64,000 bases of DNA, taken from positions 26,781,648 through 26,845,647 of the forward strand of contig NC_092673.1 of the NCBI RefSeq assembly GCF_964355755.1, read 5' to 3'. A program made the position numbers and the translations under genes. Below the pieces are notes generated by a model. That model was not told the origin of the DNA. It did not search any database and saw only the letters and a list, made by a program, of their open reading frames with translations. Shown piece by piece: positions 1 through 11,638 of this stretch (positions within the stretch are counted from its first letter, which is position 1; each line of letters starts with the position of its first letter). The stretch comes from Antedon mediterranea (taxonomy: Eukaryota > Animalia > Echinodermata).

Positions 1-17
1 AGTTTGAATTAAGAAGA

Positions 18-3000
18 TTAAATACCCTTATCAAGTAATGTGTTTTTTGCTCTTGTTCCAAGACAATCTGCAAACCTTTTTATTTTGTCTGGATCATCTG
101 CTAATTCTTCCTCAATCTCCAGATGGAGAACTGCATCCCACAAATTGGAGAAGTTATAGTTTCTTAACTTGTAGAAAGACATAACATTACTGGATGCATT
201 TGGGTGAACATTTTTCAGAGTCTTAAACAGTCTCTTTCTGTAGAACGACAACTCAGTTTTACCAGTATGTCTAGACTGAACATTGTTGTCTCTCATATAT
301 TTTGAAACAAGATCTTCAGCTCTCTTGATTTCTGATAGCTTTGTAATCTCTAACAACACGTTAACATTGGTCGGTGAAATTAAACATTTGTCTTCAAGTT
401 CATTGAGCAAGTCATTTACAATTACATCGAAATGTGTATTTGTAATTTCACTGACATTCAATAGATCAAATAATAGGAATCTTAGCCAATGGTATCTTTC
501 CCCGTCAAAGCATCTACTAAGATCAGCTTTTAGACTTTGGAAATTATAATCTGCCATTGTGTTGTTGTCTGCAAATAAAATTACTGATCAATAATTTGAC
601 AATAATTATTATTGTTTCCACTGATTCCAATCAAAATGAATTTGTTACATTTTTGTTATATTACATTTGTTTTTTTTCTCTATTCTTTGCTTATAACATG
701 ATCTTACATTTAGCTGAGACAACAATATCAGAGATTGGCAACAGCTATGATTCCCTTTGAGTTGCACTTGCAGATAGTTTTGACGTTGTTTATCTCTTTG
801 TTATGTAATTGCAATGATGGAATGACCTTAAGCTCATTGGCCATGAGTGACTCCAAAGAAGGTTTACACTAAGGTCATGGAGAAAATATATATTATATAT
901 TTCCTCCATGATAAGGTAGATGTACTGTATTTAGTAAATATGTATTTCTTTTTTAAATAAAAGATAAATACATTTCAACACAATTTATGTAAGTGATAAA
1001 ATATCATAATACAATAGATCTATGGTGTTCTAAATTTGTCACAAACAAGTATTGGCGACAACTATTGAAAAACAGTACAATAACCCAAAATAATCATGAT
1101 AAATCTTATATTAATTACAAAAAAATTATACTATAAAATTCATCAATAAAGTATAGTACTTTTAATGAAATTATAGAGCTTAGTCAGCGGTTACATAAAT
1201 TACACTACTAGCAGGTATGCCTAGTAGATCTTCTATGATTTTCATGATGCATTCTCGGGGCGAAAACAGTAATTTGCATAACGATGAATTCACCAAAAGG
1301 AAAATTGAAGATCAAAAGAACCGAATTCAAATCTTTGGTATTGTTAGAAATATTCTAGTCATCATCATTTTCACAATTGGCATAGTGCTTCCGGGGGACA
1401 AACAGGGTTCATCCTGTTTTTTGTCATTTTATACCTCACCTGTGGTGGTTACTTTGAATGGTGGTGTTCACTACCAAAGTAGAAGGAAATTGTCCCCGTA
1501 TCCCCACAGGGGAGTGCCACACCTGAGGTGCTCACCGGTCGTGGGGCGACCAATGTTTTTTTACTTTTTTTTATGTACATAATTATTGTATGTTATATGT
1601 ATGTACATGCATTTAAATAATAGTCACCAAACTGACAAGCACTCCCTTCTTTTTGGTGTGCTGTTGGATGTGAAATTGTAAATTGTAAAAAATTGAAATT
1701 GTAAATTGTAATTGTGAATAAACTTGACAATTATTATCATTACAGTATTATAAATTGTTTATCATAACCATATTACAGTATAATATTATCTATTATATAA
1801 CACCTATATAAATTCCTGTCATTTGATTGGACGAATGTGGGTCACATGGCGTGCAATAGTACGCACTATTCAACGATCGTTAAATAGTACTTTTTGAAAC
1901 ATTTTTGTTTGTTATTTAGATGTTATATAAAACAAATAATGAATGTTTTGTATTCGTGTAATGGTACAAATAATGGCACTTGGTGAATGATGAAAGGTTA
2001 TATCAACTCGGCTTTGCCTCGTTGATATAACCTTTCATCATTCACCTCGTGCCATTATTTGTACCATTGCACTCATAAACATTCATTATTTGTATACTAG
2101 TAACTTACCTTCCCTTGGATGGCATTGGTTACTCAATGATGCTCCTTCATTTTTACTACTGCCTAAAAATGATAAAATGAGATTTTAAGTAAGACATGGA
2201 TTTTCATATTAATAGGTTCACTAAATAACTTGGGTACATTTTTGTCATTTAGAATGCCAGTTTTCTGGGCTATGGAATGGAACATTATAACAATGTATAG
2301 ATTAGTACGTGGAGAATAAATATAGTATAACATACCCAAGATTTGTTTTGATGTATTAACAACACCTATAACAAATAAAATAATCATTTCAATAAAAAAT
2401 TCTTTTTCTTCCTTATGTATACTTCCTACGTCATAAATGTAGACTCAATTTTTTTACCGTTATCACTTTATACTTACAATTCACATGTACTGGATCAATA
2501 TTATTTGACTCCTGTGACAGTAACACTCTTGCCTTTAATAATGAATTACCTCTTATTAAAAGAAATGTCTTTGATGATCTTGTACGCCATAGGCATTCAG
2601 CAGTGACAATCTAAGAAAAAAGCCATAATCTGATCATATATAAAAATTATTTGAGTGGAGTTGTAGTTTGTTAATTAAGATACTCGGCTGCCGATCCTAG
2701 AGCCCTAGGTTTAAATCCTTTCAGATGACAGGATTTCACATACTTTATGTGATTAACATTCAAAATAATACACAGCATCTGATACAAAAATAAACACTTA
2801 GGTGTGTACTTTGGATAACAATTTAGATTTAATATAATTATATTGATATAAAGTTTGCGGTACACCGCATGTATTAGTTCTGAAAAGAACTGTTGAGTTA
2901 CTCGACGTTTCGATCAATATGCTTTGATCGTCCTTAGGAGTGAGAACTAATACACGTGGTGTACCTCAAACTTTATATCAACATTTGATTTTGCCATGCA

Positions 3001-4305
3001 AACCTTCAAACAATATAATTATATTTCAACGTACCACAGCTGTAATTTGTATACAATATATACAGTATTTATTACATTTGTATTCAACAAATGTTTTTAC
3101 CTGTGGTTTTTTATAGCCCTCCTGAATTTTCCATTGCTGGTCTGATACTTCAACGGTAATTTCCATGTTCTTATACATTGAGAGTATTTCTATAGGTGGT
3201 CTTAACCTCTGCTCACCGCTTTGTTCATGGTCGTTTTCTATTGCCTGAAATATATATGTAACACTGTACAAACAACGCATTTAATATGTTATTTATTGGG
3301 TACATTGTTTCTTAATTACCTGAAGGAAAAGCAAGCCAGGCAATGCAATCATGTTTACATCTTGACAGTGTAATTAATTACGTACAGTACATGGTTACTA
3401 CATAATTGTTTTTTTATAATTTTGTTCTGTGACAGAAGCAAATTTTAAAATTGTAATGCTAATATACTATTTTCTGTCTTCAATATTAATCAATACGTAA
3501 TATATGTTTTAATTAGTTGGGTGTATCACAATGCATTTATTTTCTCTTGGTCTTTCACATTTCTGTAAGATTTTAAAATAAATAAAAATAACAGTAGTTA
3601 GTATTATGCCAATTTAATTCAATGTTTGCTCTATTGCTAACATGATTATCAATCCTTTGTAGAAGAAATTGTGACAAAGCAACTATGTATTGATTAATTA
3701 ATTTCTAGATTTTAAACAGTTAAAATAATAATTACATTATTCAAATACAGTTTAACAACAAACGGTAATTACCTTTGCATCAGACGGCTTATAAAGTCTT
3801 GTTTGAAGTTGATATTCATCATATGCAAGCATCTTTCCAAAAACTCCTAATACCATTTTTTTCTTACCAAAGAAATTTATTAGACGACCCATTAGTGCAT
3901 AGAAACTGAAATGATTTAACGTTATACAACATCGACCTTTGCTTAAAGTAAAATGTACATCCTTTCCATCATTTTTCAATGTTATTTGTTTCCATTCATC
4001 TTGAATGCGATTTTTAACAAGTAGAGTGAATTCCCAATTCTCTTCATTTACAGCATCGTGTGGAAATGACAGTAAACAGGGCTTTTTAAAGATGGTGCCT
4101 TCTGGTCCACATTTAACAATAGGTGATATTAATGATTCATGAGGATGAGATACAGGAGGCATGCCTGTTTCCTCGGAACAATTTGCTAGTGATACTTTAA
4201 CATTCTCCCCTTCAATTGCTTCAGAATGTATCTCCATCTTTATGTCTTCATCCTTAAGATGAAGCGTTCCACCAGTAGAACCCACAATTACCTCCATAAT
4301 TTGAT
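18..4305 (-). CDS. Multi-exon ZU5-UPA + tandem DED-like death-fold protein (UNC5CL/PIDD-like architecture)
   Basis: Minus-strand exons with GT-AG ends and consistent phases: 4305-3773 (ZU5: VGSTGGTL..ISPIVKCGPEGTIFKKPCLLSFPH..NHFSFYAL), 3244-3101 (AIENDHEQ..KKPQ), 2610-2478 (IVTAECLW..PVHVN), 2162-2109 (SSKNEG..PRE), 568-18 (DNNTMADYNFQSLKADLS..LRFLLFD..LLNELEDKCLISPTNVNVLLEI, DED-like). It ends at the stop at 18-20 or splices out at a GT at 25-24. Confidence 0.8.
1400..1730 (+). mobile_element. Probable 3' end of an L2-type LINE/SINE
   Basis: GC-rich core followed by an AT-rich 3'UTR-like tract, a stem-loop (CACCAAA..TTTGGTG), (AAATTGT)n and AATAAA. Confidence 0.35.
1790..2097. mobile_element. 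Palindromic non-autonomous element, Crypton-like
   Basis: Imperfect hairpin about 1933-2093 with arms of roughly 75-80 bp (ACAAATAATGAATGTTT..GAAAGGTTATATCAAC / GTTGATATAACCTTTC..AAACATTCATTATTTGT), plus an internal GATTGG motif. The Crypton assignment is by resemblance only. Confidence 0.5.
2900..2941 (-). ncRNA. Minimal type I hammerhead ribozyme motif (Penelope-like element remnant), degenerate core
   Basis: Minus strand reads ACTC-CTAAGGA-C-GATCAA-agcata-TTGATC-GAAAC-GTC-GAGT: stem I ACTC/GAGT, stem II GATCAA/TTGATC, GAAAC, GUC cleavage triplet. The CUGANGA core reads CUAAGGA. Confidence 0.6.
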
Positions 4306-4944
4306 CTGCAAAATAAAAATCTACTGTAAGATATTACTTTAATTACTTTATTGGTATTTGATAAATAGCCATTGCCACAATTGCCTTCATTACACAATTG
4401 TCCCTTTCCCCAAATTCTTTTATTTCAACTCAATTTCAATTACTTCTAGAATTTTTACTTGATGGTATATAGGGTTGGTTCGTACTTTAACTTCAACCAC
4501 CTAACGTAACCCTGTTTACTAATTAGGTTGAGTAGATAATTAGTTATTGACGATTAAAACAAATTTAGGTGCAACGATTTTCCCCAAATAGGGGTGATTT
4601 CTGATCATGGTATACACTGTCTAATGGATGTCCATCTTGAAAAGTACCCGTACACAATAATACAAGGATGCTTCGCATTTACCTATCTCCTGCGATAATT
4701 ATTTTTTAATAGCTGAAAACCGGTCAACAGCTCGAGTACAGCATCATAATATTGAAGACAAGCCGATTTTCTTAAAAAATACTATTTTTATAGATTTAAT
4801 AATACGTTTATTCAAAAGAATTGCTTGGCAATGAATGGAACATTCCAAGTCTCAGTTTCCCAGTATAATCATTTGGTATAACATATAAGTAGGTAAATTT
4901 ATGGGCCCTTAGGGGATAAACTTAAAACCTTTAGATATAGACGA

Positions 4945-5300
4945 CCATGTCATCGCAGACATCAAAACGACTCTTCCGAATTATAGCTTCTTTCACTTGC
5001 CACGGACCCATGGAAGAGGTGGTGGAATTGCAATCATCGTACGTGATGGAATCAAGGTTCATATTAACAAATCAGTCCAGTTTCAGTCCATGGAATGCAT
5101 GGACGTTACTATGTCATTTTATGCAAATTCATTCCAGCTTATCGTCATCTATAGAATTCCTCCAAATATTAAAAACAAACTTTCATCTGATCTTTTCTTG
5201 ACGAACTTTCTTCGCTCCTTGAATCACTTAGCTTTGGTTCTTCCCGTCTTTTACTCACCGGTGACTTCAATGTTCATGTCGATAAACACAAATACAAATA
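4945..5300 (+). mobile_element. LINE fragment, APE endonuclease region (decayed)
   Basis: PRTHGRGGGIAIIVRDGI..LIVIYRIP and a downstream GGTGACTTCAAT (GDFN) motif typical of non-LTR APE domains. Confidence 0.75.
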
Positions 5301-5314
5301 AACTTTATTACTGA

Positions 5315-6920
5315 CAGTTCAAGTTCAAGTTCAAATTTATTCACATAATGCAAACATATACAAAAATATAATAGATACTAATGGTTGGAAATTAAGTAAA
5401 TAATAGTTGCATTATGCCTGGAGAATACCATTTAAACCCCAAGGGGCTTTAAGCCTGGATCCACCAGAAAGAATAAAGTAGAGTTAAAAATAATAATAAT
5501 AAGCATAAGGTGAAGGTTAGCTACTGACAGACAGGGACGGACATGTACGACGATAGGAAGGACAAACGGTATTTATATGATTTGCTTAATTAAATTTAAT
5601 TTTAGTATTAATATGATCGAAATAATTAATTTACTTTATATTTTGATATTAGATAAGATTTGTAGTTTATTTTTAGAGTATTATTTGTTTTGCTATTAGT
5701 TATTGACGGATTAAGAGAGTTCCAGAGTAGGGGACCGGTATGTAGTATAGAGTTTAGTATTAGCTTACTGTTATAGAAATGCAGTTGTTTGCGTTCCTAG
5801 TGTTATATGTGTGTAGTTTGTTATTTTTAGTGAAGAAACCGTTGAAAATGATTGGAAGTTTGATATTTAAGTACCTATACATGAAGAGGGCAGTTTGCAA
5901 TTTATTAATGTCAAACATGTTTAGGGTATTTAGGGTGTGAAAAAGAGGTTTAGAGTGAGAGAGGTAGTTTGAGAGAGTGCAAATGCGAAGGGCCTTTTTT
6001 TGGAGTTTGAATTGCTTGTCTATTTTGGTTGTTTCCGTGCTGGTCCATGGACAGAGAGTTCGATGTTTTGAGTCAGTGGCTGCCCATGCAATGTTGCAGT
6101 AAGAGAGATGTGGAAGTATTAGAGTATTGTATAAAGAAAAAAGAATGTTAGACGGAAGAGTGAATTTAAGTTGTTTTAGTATGCCAATAGTTCTTGAAAT
6201 TTTGTTTGATATGTTATTAATATGGAGATTCCAGTTCAGTTTATTATCAATAATCACACCAAGAAAATGGGTGTGGTCGACTGGTTTGATGGGTATATTA
6301 TCGATATAAATATTTGTATTTGTAGCATTATTATTGTTTTTATTTCCGGAAAAGTGAATGTAATTTGTTTTGCTGATATTTAGTGAAAGCTTGTTGATTT
6401 TAAACCAGTTTGAAACGTTTTGGATTTCTCGGTTGAAAGTTTGAATTAAAGTGTTAGGATCTGGGCCAGAGAGAAAGATATTAGTGTCATCTTCAAATAG
6501 AACATAAGAGAAATAGTTTGAGGCATATATCAGATCATATGTAGATTAGAAAGAGAAGGGGACCAAGGATAGAACCTTGAGGAACGCAACATTTAACAGG
6601 AAGGATGTCAGAGGAGTGAGAATTAAAAGAAGTGAATTGCATTCTGTCTTGAAGGTAGTTAGTAATTAGGGATAATGGAATTCCACGGATGCCATAGTGG
6701 TTAAGTTTAGATAGGAGGATTGAATGGTCAATAGTGTCAAAAGCTTTAGATAGGTCGAGGAATAGGCCAATGGTGATTTTTTTTATAGTGCGACAGAAAT
6801 TTAATTTTGGATGTCAAGAAGTGCGAGATCAGTGGAGTGTTGAAGCGGAAGCCATACTGGTTGTTTTGGAGAATGTTATGGGCAGAGAAGAAATGATAGT
6901 CTGTCATAGATAATGCGTTC
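5315..6920 (-). mobile_element. 5'-truncated L2/CR1-group LINE (RT and C-terminal region, frameshifted)
   Basis: Minus-strand motifs DLSKAFDTIDH, PQGSILGPLLFLIY, FEDDT, LYNTLILPHLSYC..LQKKALRI. The 3' end is AATAAA followed by a (TTGAAC)n tail at about 5317-5340. Confidence 0.85.
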
Positions 6921-6990
6921 TATATAATCTATATCTATATCTATAATTATATTGCTTCTCAACGTTTGTATTAATTAATAATTACAAAAA

Positions 6991-7371
6991 GATATAAACG
7001 TTCTAGTGGTGTATCGTTACACATGTACTTTACTATTTATTTATTATATCGACTATGACAGTGACAGTTTCAACAAAGTATTAAATCGCAAATGTTTTAT
7101 TAGTGGTATATTATTTATAAAACATGAAAACAAATATTTCAATACTAAGTGGATAAAAGAATATGTTTAAAAATTGTTTCTCTTTGATATAAACGTTGTA
7201 GTGGTGTATCGTTACATGTACCATGTATTTTACTATTTCAATCGACTATGACCATGACAGTTTTAACATAGTATTAAATCACAAATGCATTACTTTATTT
7301 AGTGGTATATTATCTATAAAACAGGAAAACATGAGTGGATAAAAAATATATTTAAAAATTGTTCCTCTTTG
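6991..7371. repeat. Two diverged tandem copies of a ~190-bp unit
   Basis: GATATAAACGTT.TAGTGGTGTATCGTTACA..AGTGGATAAAA..TTTAAAAATTGTT occurs twice head-to-tail. Confidence 0.75.
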
Positions 7372-7467
7372 TACCCATCTTCTTTCCCATCCCTCCACTC
7401 TAATGTTATATACAAAACACAAATTGAGTTTGTTTAAATGAGTCCAAATCAAAAACAGTAGCTAGGG

Positions 7468-8107
7468 CCCGGGGGGGTCACTTGTATATAAACCAAACGG
7501 GGGGGTGCAGCAGCCACTTCAAGACATGAGGCACTTGCGCTACCTGTTTTACTGAAAAATACTACGGACTTGAACTACCATTTACCAAAATCCAGTGTTT
7601 TCTAAAAAGACGGCAGAAACAAGGCCTCGCCAGAGAGGGCGCAATATTTGTACTGGTTCCCAGCATGATCTGCGCATGGCCAAAGATACCGTTCATGGAA
7701 AAATCACGAACGTATTTTGAAAGTTTATCGCGCATTCACACGGGGTGCATGACGACGATATCAAGAGTGGTCACAGTTGAATGATTTTGTCCTAGGCTGG
7801 ATGTTTCGTGTTCTTCTGCTGATGCGAAAACTCTAGGCCTATTCAAAGGTATTTAGTGATAGGCCCCGCGATGGGCTTATAACATCCAGTATGCTAAAAT
7901 ACCTGCAAAATTTGGCGATAAATCGTGACATTTTTACACGGGTGGGCGGGCTAGGGGCTTAAACTACTAATTTCACCCTGTCATTTCCCACACTTGTGCT
8001 ACCAACTCTTCATATTTTCCCACACTTGTGCTACCAGGCCCTCGAAAATATACCCGTAAATGCGGCACCTCCCCGTATGGAAATATTTAAGAGTGACTCC
8101 CCCCGGG
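7468..8107. mobile_element. Non-autonomous DNA transposon with CCCGGG termini and 8-bp TSD
   Basis: TIRs CCCGGGGGGGTCACT / AGTGACTCCCCCCGGG; direct repeat AGCTAGGG at 7460-7467 and 8108-8115. Confidence 0.85.
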
Positions 8108-9499
8108 AGCTAGGGAGTTTGTTTTCTATCTTTTCAATTTGACCTAGCTCATAAAAATAGAGAGAAAACCAGGCAGACCTCCATGGAATAAACATTGTCC
8201 AACCATAAAAAAACACAATGATATTATTAAATTTTGTGATAATTGTCCAGTATAACAAATGTTGAAACAAGAAAGCCACTCCGAAAGTGCATACCTCCGC
8301 CTACTGTAAAATCCTCCTACATAAGATTTCTCTGGGGCGGGAATATATATTTGTGTGTCAGCGGGGGGGGGGGGTTGGGGTTGGCTACGGGGGCTCTATC
8401 CCCCTCGTCGTCGTCGGAGAGCCTAGCCTTCCTGTCGGGGAACCTGGGTACTTTTTGTCGGGGAATATAATATACTGTAAAAATCGTTCGCGTTCACTTC
8501 GTAGCTTCAGCGCCTAGAAACCGCGACGTTCCATTGACCATGAGTACGTCAGAGGGCTATTATGCACTTTATATGCATTCATTATTGCCAGCGATCTAAC
8601 TACTAAATAGCTAGGTACGCACTTGTCTGGCGGTATCCCTTAGTACGAATCGTTCAACGTTGGTCCAGATGTGTGATATCATGTTCCATCCAGGGACCAA
8701 AAAGTTACTTTCCAGGCGAAGTTTACCGGCGGTTACGTGTGTACTATGTGTCGAGATACGCTACGCCACTACAGAAAAAACGAATTATGTTAATTGTTCC
8801 TATACAATACAAATAACCTTCTGTACCGTGGGGCACCTAAAATAAATATTTCATACATTACTAATAAAAAAAAAACATGCTATTTTCGCTTAGCCAACTT
8901 ATATTATAGCTAAGTTATTACATTTTCAATGTCCTGTATGTCATGAACTTCTCACCACTCGGAAGTTCAGATGGTACGCACGCATACACTTGGGAGGAAT
9001 AAACTTATTTCTCAGACTGAAAAGGGTCTATGCTTGCGGGGACCTAGCAGCTCTATTTTACCAAATTTTCTTACAGATCAGCCCAAGGCACGCATTTACA
9101 ATTTTTGCACCCCCAGATAGCAACCAGTCTACGCCTCTGCGATAAACAATATAGGCCTACCTCTTCGTTTTACGTTCGCGTATATTAATTTTTCTATGCT
9201 ACAATTTACCCTATAAATATATTTGATTTTAAATTGAAAAATATGGATAGAATCATCGCGCATCGTTTTTTTGCACGCAGTATTTTATTTATGCATTATA
9301 AAAAAGGGAAAAGTGGCTACCCTAAATCTGATTAAAATGGCCTCAAATGACGCTAGAACACGTCTCTTCAAGGGGGCCCTTGGCGGCCCCCAGCCTAGTG
9401 ATGCTCGCATAGCCCCCTCGTCAAGGAATGTAGCCTGGCACCCCCGCTGCTGTGTGTGTCTTAATGCTGTTTGTGATTTAGGCTAATTTCACTACAAGC

Positions 9500-10036
9500 A
9501 TGTGTATACAAATTTGGTGTAATGGTTATGTAACCAGCCTTTCAACTAACAATAGATTCTGTTGACTAACAATAGTCTTTAGCCTTAATTTCAAGGTAAT
9601 TCAAGGTAACGGCAAAAACAAACGGGTGAAAGAAATTTTTTTTTTTTAAATACACGTCGTAACCTGTAAATTAAATCAAATTATGTTTTAAAATTACAAA
9701 TCACAAATTATAACTCTTGCCTCTTGTCCAAAAAGAAAGTTTTTTGGACAAGTACAGTAGTTCTCGAGAAAATGCAATTTCAGTTTACTTGTTACTTTAA
9801 GACTGCTCGCCGGCTTTTGAAAAATTCTGTCCTATCTTTTAACACTAGCAGGTCTGAAAATTATACTAAAAAGTGGTCCAGAATTGGGACCGTGGTCCCA
9901 AATTTAATGGAATGGTCCGTGACCACATATATATCTGTATTTTCATTTTGGTAAAGATCTTGTAATTACTTTTTGAGTAATCCTGCTAACAAACAAACAG
10001 ACAAACAAAGGCGTAATACCTCCTTGGCGGAGGTAA
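9500..10036. mobile_element. DINE-1/HINE-like rolling-circle-derived element (one end visible)
   Basis: (ACAA/ACAG)n microsatellite followed by the terminal hairpin TACCTCCTTGGCGGAGGTAA. The left boundary is uncertain. Confidence 0.5.
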
Positions 10037-10162
10037 ATGACAGGGAATGTTTATAAAAGGCTACTGAGAAGAAATAGATATAATTTGAGCAAAGGTAGGA
10101 TGCTCGTCCTAGTCAGGCTTAGCCTAAGCCAAGTTAAGCCTAGCCAAGGCCAGTGCACGTTT

Positions 10163-10265
10163 AGGTTGTCAGACGATCGAGACCACGGACGATCGGGCCC
10201 AAGACGATCGGGCCCAGAAAATGTAGTCCCGATCGTCTTCAGCGTTGGGCCCGATCGTCTCATGT
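10163..10265. repeat. Short MITE-like element built from ACGATCGGGCC motifs; related motifs at 11228-11438
   Basis: Repeated GACGATCGGGCCC and inverted GGGCCCGATCGTC units. Confidence 0.5.
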
Positions 10266-11638
10266 GTGAGAGATTTACCCACAAAATTTGCTTTTTATTT
10301 TACTGCAATTATAATGACAGAGAACATTTTAATAAGTATCATAAAATCAAACTGTTTCCACTTTTGGTAGGCAACTATTAGTATTACCACTTTGATGTTT
10401 AGTCCGTAACACGCTACGTTTTATTTTAAGAGGATCCCCGGATTGTGTCACGGTCAACAAAATCACAGGCGCACAGGAAGGTTTACTTGTTTCATCTCCT
10501 AGCAAATTTATCCGACCATTGACGTTCATTATATTAAAATGATTACATTTACACAATGTTAACATTTAATTAATTAGTATAATTCAAATTATAAACAATC
10601 ATATTTTACAATAACGGTAATTTTGAAAAGCACATCCTCTCCTCCTCACCTGTAATAAATTAAAGGAAATATATAAATAGCACAATAAATACTCATTCAA
10701 GAAGGCAGCACACTAATTTTGGACATGGAGTAGAACAATTATAGACAGCGCACACTACAGGTTGATTTTTTAACGTGCCCAACAACAGCTATACCTTGTG
10801 TCACCCATTATTTTGCTCATTGTGTAACAAAAATGAACTTCATAACATAAAATTCAACAGGATAACAAAATTACTTGATTACGTGATTAAGTCACATAAA
10901 ATGATATAGAAGAGAAAATACATATAAAATGTGAAGAACACAATGGATCAAATTTTAAATATGAAATAAGGAAATAAATATTTGTATTTATTGTTTTTAT
11001 AGAAAAATTAATCTTTTCATTTTGTAAAGTAAAGATACTAAATAACACTATATCATTATCAGGGTAATATAGTGTTTTGCTAAGATTTCACACAGTTTTC
11101 TGGAAATATTTGTACAGAAAACTCTTGTGTAAAAAAATTGAAATATGAAATTTTACCTTGATCAATCTTGCATTGAAGATCTTCTGTGTTAATTGCTGAC
11201 TTGACTGATACAAAATCAAATGTTTCTAGGAAACACTCGATCGATTTAAAAAACATGACCGATATGATAAAAATTGCATAGCTAGAGTGGCGCGCGCAAT
11301 AAAAAATTCCAAAAGTTGGTTTAATTGCGACTTTAAAAAATGTGCCCGATTGTTTGGGTCCAATTGTCTTAAAACCGTGTTTGGCCCGATCGTCTTACAA
11401 TGGGCCCGATCGTCCGTGTTCCCGATCATCTGTTCCCCCATCTTTAGCATATAATATTAATGAGATCCATAGAAATTCCCTAACCACTGAAAAAAGGTTT
11501 TAACCTTGAATCAGGACAAATTATCAAAGTATTCTATTTTTTTTTTTAATCAGGTAATATTGGTAAATTTTACTTTGAGCATTTATTTTCCCCTTCATCA
11601 ACAATAGTTGACAAGGTGATACAATGTTAGAAATGTAA

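Noticed and set aside
1490-1556. GC-rich stretch as a possible HDV-like ribozyme
   Set aside because: I could not assign the nested double pseudoknot by eye; a covariance-model search would be needed.
8031-9486. Cluster of short GC-richer ORFs
   Set aside because: No domain signatures or splice-consistent exon chain; the region looks like mixed transposon debris.
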